A stretch of 64,000 bases of DNA, from NCBI RefSeq assembly GCF_006345805.1, contig NC_043000.1, positions 110,918,001-110,982,000 of the forward strand. The letters run 5' to 3'. The position numbers were made by a program, and so were the translations under genes. Under the pieces are notes generated by a model. It was not told where the DNA came from. It saw only the letters and a program-made list of their open reading frames with translations, and searched no databases. This DNA comes from Octopus sinensis (taxonomy: Eukaryota). Shown in pieces: positions 1 through 13,508 of the stretch; positions within the stretch are counted from its first letter, which is position 1; each line of letters begins with the position of its first letter.

Positions 1-51
1 TAGACAGAAACTGTGTGGAATCTGTCTATCTGTCTGTCTAGATGAGGATGA

Positions 52-450
52 TATCATCATCATCATCATTTAACGTCCACTTTTCATGGGTTGGATGATT
101 TGACTGAGGACTGGCGAACCAGATGGCTGCACCAGGCTCCAATATTGATCTGGCAGAGTTTCTACAGCTGGATGCCCTTCCTAACGCCAACCACTCTGAG
201 AGTATAGTGGGTGCTTTTACGTGCCACCAGCACGAGGGCCAGTCTGGCAGTACTGGCAACAGCCACGCTCAAATGTTTTGTTCACGTGCCAGTAAGGCGA
301 CGCAGGTAATAATTACACTCAAATGGTACCTTTTACGTGCCATGGCATGGAAGCCAGACAGCTGCTGTGGCACGGGTGCCAGTCATCGAATTTGGTTCAA
401 TTTCGATTTCACTTGCCTCAACAGGTCTTCGCAAGCAGAGTTTTGTGTCC
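52..450 (-). mobile_element. RTE 3'-tail copy. Others at about 828-1030, 4930-5170, 5385-5545, 5715-6255, 7950-8200, 14883-15095, 18050-18225, 27520-27838, 28860-29172, 33274-33475, 35228-35622, 37570-37770, 37883-38100, 38305-38567, 40950-41205, 50190-50968, 56630-56822, 57330-57540
   Basis: Shared (CAT)n-TTTAACGTCC...CATGGGTTGGA...TTTCTACAGCTGGATGCCCTTCCTAACGCCAACCAC motif, identical to the tail of the 21930-23475 LINE. Confidence 0.85.
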
Positions 451-783
451 ATATATATATATATATATAAGTTCAGGCATGGCTGTGTCGTAAGAAGCTT
501 GCTTCCAACCACATGGCTCCAGGTTCAATCTCACTGCATGGCACCTTGGGCAAGTGTCTTTTACTATAGCCTTGGGCTAACCAAAGTGTTGTGAGTGGAT
601 TTGGTAGTTGGAAACTGAAAGAAACTCATCATACTCACACACACATATAAAAGAAATAATTTGAGATTCAATTGAATTAGAGGCACTACTGAAATTAAGG
701 CACCAACCCAGTCCAGCTTGAGGTAAGGTGAATAAAAATCAAATAAGCAACAAGGATACCTGGACACCCTGGTCACCTATCTG

Positions 784-826
<43 letters not shown>

Positions 827-1053
827 TCATCATCATCATTATCGTTTAACGTCCGTTTTCCATGCTAGCACGGATTGGATGGTTCGACCGGGGTCTGGGA
901 AGCCAGGAGGCTGCACTAGGCTCCAGTCTGATCTGGCAGTGTTTCTACAGCTTGATGCCCTTCCTAACACCAACCACTCCGTGAGTGTAGTGGGTGCTTT
1001 TTATGTGCCACCGGCACAGGTGCCAGACGATACTATACTATACATACACACGT

Positions 1054-1089
<36 letters not shown>

Positions 1090-1145
1090 GAAAGAAAATG
1101 AGACAGATGTCAAAGGAATAAACAATTATCTAATGAAATTCACAT

Positions 1146-1216
1146 GGCTGACAGCTGTTTCTGCTATCTGATGCTGTGGACTCATAGTTGAGTGTATGTA
1201 TGGCTTCATTGCAGCC
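1146..1216 (-). ncRNA. Degenerate hammerhead motif
   Basis: Reverse complement: GGCT-GCAATGA-AGCCAT...ATAGC-AGAAAC-AGCT-GTC-AGCC; stem I GGCT/AGCC, palindromic stem III ACAGCTGT; the CUGAUGA core is mutated. Confidence 0.5.
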
Positions 1217-2680
1217 TTGATATATCTGTGTGTGTGTGTATGTATGCATATGTGTTTGTGTGTGTGCCTCTTTGTCTCGATATTGTGTGATAGTGTCAAC
1301 ATAATAGAAGCAGTGTTTGTTATCTCTGACCTTCTGTGAAAAATACGTGTAGTTATGGGGGAAATATTAGCTTGCTTGGTAAGAGGTGAGGTTTGTGACA
1401 GGAAGAGCAGCCAGCTGTAGAAAATTTGCCTCAATGAATTCCATCCAACCCTTGCCACCATATAAAAGTGAATGTTTAAAAGAACGATGGTGACAATGAT
1501 GGCTTTGTGCATAAAGTATGAAAAATGCATTAAATATGGTGGTTATGTGTGTTTTAACCTTTAAGTATAAATAATCCAAACTGCAGAAAATTCTAATAAA
1601 TACGTGCTACATCTTTAGTCCATAAATGAAACTTAATTATCAAAGAGAAATCGAGCTTGATTTTTTCTTTTTGGTTCTGTTTTCAATGTTCAGACATATT
1701 TCAGGTAAATATACACCTGTTTCATCTTTTACAAATTATTGTTGTATTGTGTTAGAAGTTGAGGTTTTTCTGGTTTTGCTTTTTTTTTTCCATTTTTTTT
1801 GTGAGATAAATTTATCTGTGCACTGTATCTAACTACTCTTTAGCAAACAACCAGTGTACTGTGACTTTCTGTTCAAGAACAACTGCAGCAGGGTGTGGAT
1901 TTGAGGGCGATTTGGTTGTTGTATTTAGCTGGTTGAGCAACTGTACATTTTATTTTCTCACTGATGAATCATTTTATCAAGATTTCTGGGATCATAGAGA
2001 GTTGCCCTAAGACAAAAGACATGGCACCGAAGTGGACTCTGCTAATGACATCCAAGGATAGAATCAGGTGACAGTGTTACAGTGAGGGATTAATTAGGAA
2101 CTCAGAACTGGAATAAATATCACGAGACACCTTGACTGATACCCTAACATTCTGCCATCCTTACCCTACACTCCGCCTTTATTTTGTAAACCCTTGAAAG
2201 AGTAAAAGTAAAGTTGACCCTGTAGCATAGCTAGAGGGGTGGGTTTGCCCCAGGTGATGGTTGTAAGGGGCACCACTTTCGGGTTGGCTGTATAAGCATG
2301 GGAGATGAAGATAGGGAGCAAACTCAAGCTCTGCCTCAGACAGCAGTTTTGGGTCTCCTGAGTAAGCTTGTAGAGGCTCGGAGGCCTGGACAGAAGGAGG
2401 AGGGAAACTGCAGAGCAGCCCCAGGCAGCATTCACTCTACTTATGCCAATGAGTTGACTTCAGTGGAATTTAAATTCAGACACATGCACAGCTGGAACAA
2501 ACAAGACAACTCATTTTGGCCCTCACTGGAAAGACTGCCAGTTTTCCATTGATGTGTTAAAGCAGATTGTTTGTACATTTTAAAACATTTTGTTTGGTTA
2601 ACATCTATTTTTTCATTCTCACATAGCTTGGACAGAAATTGATTTTGAAGCAGGACTCTGTGGTTGGAAGTGAAGAGACT

Positions 2681-3228
2681 TAGCGTAATGGTTAAGGGTA
2701 TTCAGCTCAAAATCACAAGGTCATGAGTTCAATACCTAGCAATACACTGTGTCCTTGAGCAAGACACATTACTTCACTTTGCTCCAGTCCACTCAGCAGG
2801 CAAAAATGAGTTGTACCTGTTATTCAAAGGGCCAGCCTTGTCACATTCTATGTCAAGCTTAATCTGCCTGAGAATTATGTTAAAGGTATGGGCGAGATGG
2901 CAGAATCATTAGCACGCCGAGCGATATGCTTAACGGTATTTTGTCTGCCGTTATGTTCTGAGTTCAAATTCCGCCGAGGTCAACTTTGCCTTTCATCCTT
3001 TCGGGGTTGATAAATTAAGTACCAGTTACACATTGGGGTCGATATAATCGACTTAATCCGTTTGTCTGTCCTTGTTTGACCTCTCTTTGTTTAGCCCCTT
3101 GTGGGTAGTAAAGAAATAGGTATGGGTGTCTATGGAGTGCTCAGTCATTTGCATGTTAACTTCATGAGCAGGCTGTTCTGTTGATTGGATCAACTGGGAC
3201 ACTCGTTGTCGTAACCCACCGAGTGCCC
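2681..3228 (+). mobile_element. tRNA-derived SINE family D with a Meta-like SINE nested at about 2890-3120. Related copies at about 10665-10880, 14630-14860(-), 15345-15570(-), 48570-48890(-), 55250-55570(-)
   Basis: A and B boxes, TGTCCTTGAGCAAGACAC core; AGGTATGGG flanks the nested copy (2884-2892, 3118-3126). Confidence 0.75.
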
Positions 3229-3764
3229 TTTACTTTTTTTTATTTTTTGTTGCTGGAAGCCATTTCTGTCACCAACTCTCATCTGTTTTTTATCAGAAAA
3301 GGGATTATTATAATCTGTATGTCTTTGAAAGTCAGAAGCAATAATATTAAGTAATGTCAAATATCAACACAGCCTAGCTGAAACAGTGACAACTGCTGTA
3401 AGGTGCTGAAATGACTGTGATATTCAGCTGACAGCTGATGTTGGGAATGTTTGAGCAAGTTGTATGTGAATTATGAATATACACACATGCGTTCTAAACA
3501 AGAAATAATCACTATATGTAGGCAAATGAGGGGTCGGGTGATGAGTTTTCGTACCTTTTTCACTTATTTTAACACAAGTATAATTGACCCTTAAATTTTG
3601 TGATGTGCAAGAAATTTTCTCTTCAGTTGTATAATTGACTCTTAAATTTTCTCTTCAGTTGTATAATTGACCCTTAAATTTTGTGATGTACAAGAAATTT
3701 TCTCTTCAGTTGTTTTACTTTTCTGGGGAGCATTTGTCAGTAGTTTTGAGTATTTAAATGGATA

Positions 3765-4155
3765 TCTTTATATATAAAAGGTTGTGTGCTGTCTGTCTCC
3801 TACGATTTAGATTCCTAACTACTCCCACATTTTGCAGTGCAGTTTAACCAAAACCAGGTATCTTATAGTCGTGATTCATATCGAGCCCTTCTGGGTATTA
3901 GTGCGCGTCTACGATGAGTCTACGATTTTAAAAAGAATTTACCATCAATTTTTCCCATTTTTAATGCATTTTTGGCATATATAAGGGAATTAACTCTCTA
4001 AAAATTTATTAAATTTCAGAACGTAAAAAGCTACAGTAACCCCCCCCCCCCTTGTGGTTAGCCATATTGAGATGGCTATTATACTTTATATCTCTAAAAA
4101 TGCTTATATAGTTATTTCCCTTACAAACCCGAGCAACGCCGGGCGATACTGCTAG
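3765..4155 (+). mobile_element. Non-autonomous Helitron
   Basis: 5' TC start (A|TCTTTATATATAAAA), 3' CTAG|T end, GC hairpin CCCGAGCAACGCCGGG about 10 nt before the end, inserted between A and T with no TSD. Confidence 0.85.
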
Positions 4156-4334
4156 TTTTGTATAAAGACACAACACAGTTTTCAAGGTGTATTTAAACCT
4201 GTAATATTTAGAATCACTCATTAGATATCTTGTATAAAAGCATAGTATACCGTTTCCAGGTGTATTTGAACTTATGATCTATGGGTTTGCTGGTCCAGAT
4301 TAATTTACCTTTGTCTTCCATTTGTCTGTTGCAG

Positions 4335-4447
4335 GATACGCAGTGATCACAACATTGACAACACATCAGCTATATTGAAAGAATGGGCAAGCCATGCCAA
4401 AAAGTATTATCATTCCATAGACTTAAAGATTGATGAAAAATCCTCTG
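4335..4447 (+). CDS. COLGALT1: COLGALT exon ([37 protein letters not shown])
   Basis: ttgcag acceptor, gtaagg donor; matches the TDHNMDNTSTVLREW region. Confidence 0.92.
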
Positions 4448-7078
4448 GTAAGGCCTGCCTCTTGACATCTTTTTAATTCTAGTTTCTCTTTAACCTCTTA
4501 GAGCCATATTTCTAAAATAATAGTGTTTGTATTTTCAATAAATTCCCAAAGAAATGAAGAATTTGGTAGGATTAATGTTTTAAATATGATTTAACAAATC
4601 ATTCTGGATTAAAATCTTAACTTTCTTTTGTCAGGAATATAGTATTCAGTCTGTTACACAAGCCATTTCCCATTTCTCTGCTAAAATGGTAACTCTTTAT
4701 CATTAAGAGTCATTTAATAATGTACAACTCTCTCAAATTTACTTTTAATATATTTTGTGAGGTGTCATGGAAATTGCTGTCACTCATCTGTAGCCTGGTC
4801 ATTGACATTCTGTAGCCTGGTCATTGACATAGTTTCACTGCTGCTCTAGTTTGCAACCAAAATGTTGACAAGCACATGAAATAGGTTTGGTAATGCAAAC
4901 AGGAAAACAAAACTCGAAACATGAGTGAATCATTCATCATCAGTCATCATCATTCATCATCAGTCAATGTCTGTTTCTCACGCTGGCATGGATTGGTTGG
5001 TTTGACAGGATCCAGTGAGTCACAAGGTTGCATTGAGCTTCTATCTTTACTTTGGCGTGGTTTCTACAGCTGAATGCCCCTCCTGATGCCAACCACTTTA
5101 CAGGGTGCACGGGGTGCCATTTCGTATCACCAGCACAATTAAGGTCACCAAACAGCTTGCAAGACAAGAATGAGAAGCAAGAAAAAGGAAAAAAAGACCC
5201 CTTAAGTAAATGGGTGGGGAGGGGAATGTTTGAAAGTTGGTTTTTCTTGCCAAGTGTAGAGGGGTTAGATATTTTGTCACAGAGGAGATACAAGGCTACC
5301 CAAGATTATATAAGGGTGGATGAGGGTAGCTGGAATGAGGACAGCAATGGTGGTGATATACTTTTTTTTTAATTATTATTAATCAGCAGAAGTTAGGAAT
5401 GGCATCCAGCTGTAGAAAACCATGCCAAATCAGACTGGAGTCTGGTGCAGCCTTCCAGTTTGCCAGCCCTGGTTGAACCATCCAACCCATGCCAGCATGG
5501 AAAATGGACGTTAAATGATGATGAGTATGATGGTGATGATGATGGTACAGATTGACTCAAGGACCAAGAGTTTTGTACATTGACATAATGGCCAGTATAT
5601 AAATGTAATCACCTTGATTTAAAACCAGTTTGAGAAGGGCTGATGCACAAAACGCTCATCCCTTGGGTCACGCATTAACTGTTTCCAATTATTATTATTA
5701 TTAATAATAATAATCAAAATCAAATTCGATGACTGGCATCCGTGCTAACGGGGTGCAAAGAGCACCATACGAGTGTGATCGTTGACAGAGCGGCTAACCA
5801 GCTTCCGTGCCAGTGGCACATAAAAGGAACTATTCGAGTGTGATCGTTACCAGTGTTGCCTTACTGGCACTTGTGCCTGTGCTAGTAGGGTGCTAAGAGT
5901 ACCATCTGAGTGTGATCGTTGCTAGAGCGGCTAATTGGCTTCCGCGCCGGTGGCACGTAACAGGCACCATTCGAGCGTAATCGTTACCAGTGTCGCCTTA
6001 CTGGCACCTGTGCAAAAAGATTCGAGCAAGGTTGTTGCCAGTACCGCCTGACTGGCCCCTATGCTGGTGCCACGTAAAAAGCACCTACTACACCCTTGGA
6101 GTGGTTGGCGTTAGGAAGGGTATCCAGCTGTAGAAACTCTGCCAGATCAAGATTGGAGCCTGGTGCAGCCATCTGGTTTGCCAGCCCTCAGTCAAAATCG
6201 TCCAACCCATGCTAGCATGGAAAGCTGACGTTAAACAATGATGATGATGATGATGAATAAAGACACTTCATGACTTAAATTTCAAATGAAACAAATATAT
6301 TATTAAATAGCCTGGCTGTAATGTTGTTACTTCAGTTTCAACACATAATCTCAGATCAAATCACCTGTTGGACAAATACAACTCCAAAATGGGAGCTGCC
6401 CCCCGCCCCCTCTCTCTCTTTTTCTCATTTCCTTTCAAACCTAGAGCTAAATTATATGAAATTCAGTGAAATATTATAATTAACATTTCTATTGGAATGA
6501 TTGTAAATATTATTCTGTTGTTATATTTTATGGAAAAATTCAATTTGTTTGAAATTTTTTTGCCTTTTTCTGTCTTCACGAAATCAAAAGACAAACAAAT
6601 ACATTCTCCATATATTTTGTATTTAATATACAATACACTCTCTCTCTATATATATTTTATATTTATTTAATATACAAATATATTCTCTTTGTATGTGTGT
6701 TTTATATTTATTTAATATACAGTTATTATTATCTCTGTGTGTATATTTCATATTCAATATACAGCTTCCTCTCTTGCTTTACCATATTCCATTTGTCATA
6801 GAACTTTTTGGAATCACTCAGTTGCTTCTTCTTCACTGAACACAACAACATGGTAATTCTGGCATTGCTCTGCAGAATGATGAAGAATATTTTAACACAC
6901 ACACACACACACACATAGATATATAAGCGTATTTATGTGTGTGTGTCTATATATATATATATGATTATATATTTGTGTGTGTGTGTGTGTTTATGTATGT
7001 ATATATGTTTGTGTGTGTATACACATACACAGATAGATATATAAGCGTATTTATGTGTGTGTGTATATATATATATGA

Positions 7079-7120
<42 letters not shown>

Positions 7121-7191
7121 GATTATAAATTTGTGTGTGTATATTTATGTATGTATATATTTGTGTGTGTATACACACACACACACACACA

Positions 7192-7229
<38 letters not shown>

Positions 7230-8973
7230 CACACACACACACACACACACAAATTCATGTATTATATATTCATATTTTTGTATCTATACATATATTTATT
7301 TATGCATTTATGTGTATATAATTTATAAATGACTACTATACATATAAATAGTGAGTATATATATGTATATATACTTTATATTTATAATCATCATCATCAT
7401 CCTTTAACAGACGTTAAATAACGATCATACAGAAACACACACCACACAAACACACAATATATATATGACAGTGAATAAGCTCAAATCTATGTTTGAATAC
7501 AATTTTTACAAAGCCATACATTATTTACTGGTTTACATCTTGTTTACCGTTTTTCAATGATATGCTAATGTAAAACTTCTAAATTCTGCTGGGGAAATGT
7601 TTATCTAATATAAATTGACAGTTTCACAAAAACTACACATTTACTGTACAATGTTACTACCAAGATTTTTAACTTACAAAAATGGCTGCCGTCATCTTTG
7701 TCAATGAAGTTCAATATCTTTACATTGAAGAAGTTCTTGTTACGTACGCTGTAGGACAGCTGCTCAATGGTATGGCTACTGAGAGAGGACCAACCAATGC
7801 TGCTACATATACATCTATTAGGTGATGGGGTGCAGGCATGGCTTTGTGGTTAAGAACTATGGCTTGTAACTGTGTGCTCTTAGCTACCGTTTCAAAGTGT
7901 AAAATCTTGAAGAAGCTACTTCTACTGTTGCCTTTGATCAACTAAGCCATCATCATCATCGTCATCATTTAACATCTGTTTTTCATGCTTGCATGGGTTA
8001 GAATGCTTCACAGGAACTGATGAACCAGAGAGCTATGCCAAGCTGTATGTCTGTTTTGATAGGGTTTCTACCATACCAAAGAGACTCTTCTTAATGCCAA
8101 CCACTTTATAGAGACCTTTCTTAATGCCAGCCACTTTACAGAGACCCTTCTTAATACCAACCACTTTACAGAGACCCTTCTTAATTCAACCACTTTACAG
8201 AGTGGACTGAAGTTTGTTTTTGTGTGTGTGTGTGTGTAACCAACACCAATGTAAATGAGTGTCACTGTCATACAAGCAGTGTCCTTTGTTTCTAATCTTC
8301 TGTATAAATATCTCTGGTCATGAAGAAAGATTATTCCCTATTTCTTTACTACCCACAAGGGGCTAAACACAGAGGGGACAAACAAGGACAGACAAACGGA
8401 TTAAGTCGATTACATTGACCCCAGTGCATAACTGGTACTTATTTAATCAACCCGAAGGGATGAAAGGCAAAGTTGACCTCGGCAGAATTTGAACTCAGAA
8501 TGTAGCGGCAGACAAAATACCGCAAAGCATTTTGCCCAATGTGCTAACGTTCCTGCCAGCTCGCCACCTTATTATTACCATAATTGGAGTCAGGTGGCAG
8601 TCGGCAAGAAGATTGGTATCTGACCACAGCTTACCTGCTCCAACAAATTCCATCCAACCCATACACGCATGGAAAAGTGGACATTCAAACAATGATGGTG
8701 AATATTGAATATTAGCCACTGAGCTGATGCTGTCTTCTCTGCACCATTACAGTATTTCTAATTAGATTTTTGATGCTCAATAAAGATGCCAGCATTAACT
8801 TAACTGTTGATTTTTCATGCAGATAGCGTCTCTGAGTAATTAAAGCCAGCAATTTATTTCCTCAAGTGTGCTGTCTTTAATAAAGCTAACAGCTTTTCCA
8901 TGCTTCTCGCACCCAACACCACACTGTAGGCTCTCACATACTCCATGCACTTCAGGAACACACTTCTTTTAAG

Positions 8974-9004
<31 letters not shown>

Positions 9005-9069
9005 TCTTTTATTGGCCACATAATAATAATAATGATGATGGTTCTCCATTTTCTTGTTCTTTTTGCTGC

Positions 9070-9100
<31 letters not shown>

Positions 9101-9984
9101 ACTACTGCTGCTGCTGCTGCTGCTACAACAACAACAACAACAGTTTGCTTGTATCAAGCCACTAACTTATTCAGGCAGTTCTACAAGTACAACTGATGCA
9201 TTTAAACGCAATTAGATGTAATTTGATAACAGAGCATCTCTCTTCGATTTAATCTCATTTCTATGGAAATATATTTTTCTGAATATTTGTGAATTAAATT
9301 CATGAGTTCAGTATGCAAATTAAAGTATGAAATTGTGTGTGTGTGTATACATTTACATATATATATAGAGAGAGAGAAACAGATAGATAGATAGATAGAT
9401 AGATAGATAGTTAGTTAGACAGATAGTTACATAGAAAGATAGATATAGATAGATAGAGATAGATAGATAAATAGATAGATTGATAGACAGAGATATTGAT
9501 AGAGTTGTGGTGTATTAAGTGTAATTTCTGTAGTTAATATTCACTTTGGCATAATTTCGGTTATTATTTAAAATTCCTTACAAATATTCAAGTTCAATGC
9601 TTCTATCTTTCCTAAGGTACATTGCATATGCATATGCTAGTGTGTGGGTATGTGTGTGTTTGAGATGACTGTATGCAATAACATCTAATTCTTGGCCACA
9701 GTTCTGTGTTCTATATTCTAAGGTTTTATTGAAGATATCAGCAGAAAAACTACCCCAAGGGTGGATTTTCCTGATCATTATGGTACATTATATATCATCA
9801 CTCAGCTTCATCATTTAACAGCCACATTCCATTATATACATATTTACACACACACACATATATATAAATAAATATATACATACATACATATATATATATG
9901 CATGTATATATTTTATATATATGCATATATATAAAATATATACATGCATATATATATGTATATATATATATATATTTATATATA

Positions 9985-10034
<50 letters not shown>

Positions 10035-13000
10035 TATATACACACATATATACACATATATATACGAGTGAGTAGTCAAACGAAATAAGGGCATTCTACA
10101 CATTTGTTGGGAGTTTCACATATGGATCAAAATAGTTTGATTCAAACTCCTTGATACTCTGAGTTTCAAGTGAGTTGCTAGTCATCGGAACATTGGAACA
10201 CACAGTAAGTTAACAAATGAAAGAAAGTGGCACTCAACCCATTTGGCTGGACTCTGCTCCAAGCTTCCATGAAACTTCGTTATGTGGAGCTGAGTCAGAC
10301 TGACATATATATATATATGTGTGTGGAGGCGCAATGGCCCAGTGGTTGGGGCAGCGGACTTGCGGTCGAAGGATCGTGGGTTCGATTCCCAGACTGGGCG
10401 TTGTGAGTGTTTATTGAGCGAAAAGACCTAAAGCTCCACAAGGCACCGGCAGGAGATGGTGACGATCCCTGCTGTACTCTTTCACCACAACTTTCTCTCA
10501 CCCTTTCTTCTGTTGGTCTACTCGCTTAGCCAGCGGGGTGGCGTCATTTGAAGGCTAAAACAGTGCAAAGCGCATTATGACCAGTGATGTGTAGCAACAT
10601 CTCATAGCTTGGTCGGTCACGGTGATCACGGTGATATATATATATATGTGTGTGTGTGTGTTTGGTGAGATAGTGAGTTTGATTCCTGGACCGGGCTATG
10701 TGTTGTGTTCTTGAGCAAGACACTTTATTTCACATTGTTCCATTTCACTCAGCTGTAGAAATGAATTGCGACATCACTGGTGTCTAGCTGTATCGGCCTT
10801 TGCTATTCCCTTGAATAACATCAGTGGTGTGGAGTGTGGAGGCTGGTTTGCATGGGTGACTGCTGGCCTTCCATAAATATATAGGAGTGTGCTTCTTCTT
10901 TTGAAGTTGTTTTATACAAAATATATATATATATATATATATATATCGTTGCTATTATGTTAAACTGTTGTATGTCCAAATTTGGCCGAATGCATTTTTT
11001 TTCAATATTTATTTTTGCTTTGCAATAGCCAGTTATTTTTGTTGAACTATCATATCTCCAGCTGCTTAGTTGATTAGATCGACCCTAGTATGCATCTGCT
11101 ACTTAATTTATCAACCTCGAAGGGATGAAATGCAAAGTTGACCTCAGCGGTTTGAACTCAGAACATAAAGACAGACGAAATACCGCTAAGCATTTTGCCT
11201 GGTGTGCTAGCAATTCTGCCAGCTCACTGCCTTAAGGAATATGAATATTAACTCATTAACTACCATAGCCTGTCACTGGCAGAGTTGTGTGGACTGTGGG
11301 ATGAACCACCGGTGGGACATGTGGCAGTCAACATGTTAAATGATAATGATGATGATGATGGTTATGATGTGTGTGTGTAATATGTATATCATTACTTATA
11401 TCCTTCTTTTGTTTGTTTCATGTTTTTTTTTCTTATTCTCAGGCTATGCAGATGAAGAATCTCCCTGCCATTGGGTAAAAGAACGGTTTCTTCATGTGAT
11501 GAATCTGCGACAGAAAGCCTTGGAGAAAGCCAAAAAAGTGTGGGCCGATTACCTCTTTGTAAGTTGCTTTGTCTTTAGATTACATCTTCGTGTCACTGGT
11601 CTCTCTTTGGCCACTATTCTCACCAGTGGAGTGACCACTGACCCGACTATCTTTAGGTGTGTTGATGTCTTTGGGTTTAATGACCACCTGTTGCCCTGCC
11701 CTTGATATCTAGCTATCTATCTCTTTCTTCTTGTATGCATGTGTGTGTTTGTGTATGTATATGTGTACATATTTATATACATATATATACACATTTCAGA
11801 ATGTAACCACTTGTGAATTGTTGGTGATTTTTTTCCTCCGTCTTCCTTTTCTCTTGGACTTTCCGCTGTCTCCTGTTTCTGATGAAGAGCTTTGCTCGAA
11901 ACATAAAACCAGCTTTCTTCCCTTCCCTGAGCATCTGCTAATACATTACATCTACCACATCCTCTCTTTATTGTTTTTTTAGTTTATATATATATACATA
12001 TATATACAATATAGGTTGACCTACCATAAAAGGCTAATATTGGTAAAATGAGACATACTTATCTACATGGCCAAAACAGCTGTAAGATGTAATCTATACT
12101 TATATTTATATTTACTTATATTTATATTCTCTTTTTTATATATATATTCTACTTATTATACAACATTACTCTTTTATGTACATTTTTTATGTATATTCCT
12201 TTATGTACACTGATTTGTTCTGCTTTTTTATGTTTAACCCTACAGTCTCTTATGTGGTGGTTTAATAAAGTATGTGATTGAGTATTATCTGGTAATTGAT
12301 ATTTGATTTAGATGTATTTCTCCATTTTCTTATCTTGTATTAGTAATTTGTGGTAAATCATTTTACCTTTGCCCATATAATACAGTAAATGAATTGATTG
12401 CATCGCAATCCTTAACATTTCAGTACCAGTTCTGGTCATTGAGACTTTTTCAACTCTAAGTATGGAAAACAATTGAATTTTGGAAAAATTAAATAAAAAG
12501 TTTTTTAAAAGAATATTTGCATAATATTCAAATACAAGAGGCATTTTCCTTGTTCGTATTTGAATACTATGGAAATATTCTTTTAAAAAACTTTTCATTT
12601 AATTTTTCCAAAATTTAATTGTTTTCCATACTTAGAGTTGGAAAAGTCTCAATGACCAAAACCGGTTCTGAAATGTTTTTTTTTTCCATATATATATATA
12701 TATATAGAGATATAAAGCGATAAGTTAGGGGTAAGAATGAGGGTAAGAATAAAAATTAGAAATAAAAGTAAGAAATACAATATAAAATAAGAAATACAAT
12801 ATAATAGTTAGAAATGAAATATAAAAATTATAAAAATTAAGATAAGGGATGAAAATAAAAATAAGAATAAAGGTAAAGCGAAATAGAATAGGATAAAGGA
12901 AAATAAAAATAAAAATAAAAATAAAAATATAATCTGGTAAAGTTTAACATGAGATGAAGGTGGTTGAAAGTTAGAGGTGTGTGTTAAAGGTGCCCACGTA

Positions 13001-13369
13001 GGGGCGGGCGGGGGGAACTGAAAATTGGAAGGGTGGGAAGTGGAGTTTGGCGGTGTGCGTTCAACATCCGAGTTAGAAATGTGAAAGGGTATAGATATAG
13101 GGAAATAAAGAGACTAGATAGGAAGGATATGGGTGTAGGAGAAGAAATATGTAGGGAAAAAAGACATATATGGGAGACAAAATGTGTATATATAGGAGGA
13201 AAATGCAGGGAAACATATATGCACACACACACACACCACACACACACACATATATATATACATACACATATGTGCACATACATATATATACGCACACATA
13301 TACACGCACATATAGGAAAGCGGGATGTGCTGGAGCCGACAGGTTGCACCGGGTGGGAGGAAATTGCAT

Positions 13370-13406
<37 letters not shown>

Positions 13407-13471
13407 ATATATGATTTGGTATAACTGATGGGCAGTCAGCCTGTTTTGGCAGCAGTACTTTTTGGCACTGG

Positions 13472-13508
<37 letters not shown>

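Noticed and set aside
1-4334. Search for the N-terminal COLGALT exon(s), including ORF 2298-2552
   Set aside because: No signal peptide or RNxxHxLP-like segment with suitable splice sites was found; the start is probably upstream of the window.
6729-6914. Minus-strand ORF ending [11 protein letters not shown], vaguely like an L1/Tx1 ORF2 C-terminus
   Set aside because: Too short and unspecific to call without a search.
7119-7332. ORFs rich in YI, HT and CV repeats here and at about 9.8, 13, 14.5, 16, 24, 31-32, 55 and 63.5 kb
   Set aside because: Translations of (TA)n, (CA)n and (TG)n microsatellites.
8945-9196. Poly-Ala/poly-Thr or poly-Ser ORFs; also Gly/Ser-rich ORFs at 13.9-14.4 kb
   Set aside because: Intronic trinucleotide microsatellites with no exon signals fitting the gene's phase.
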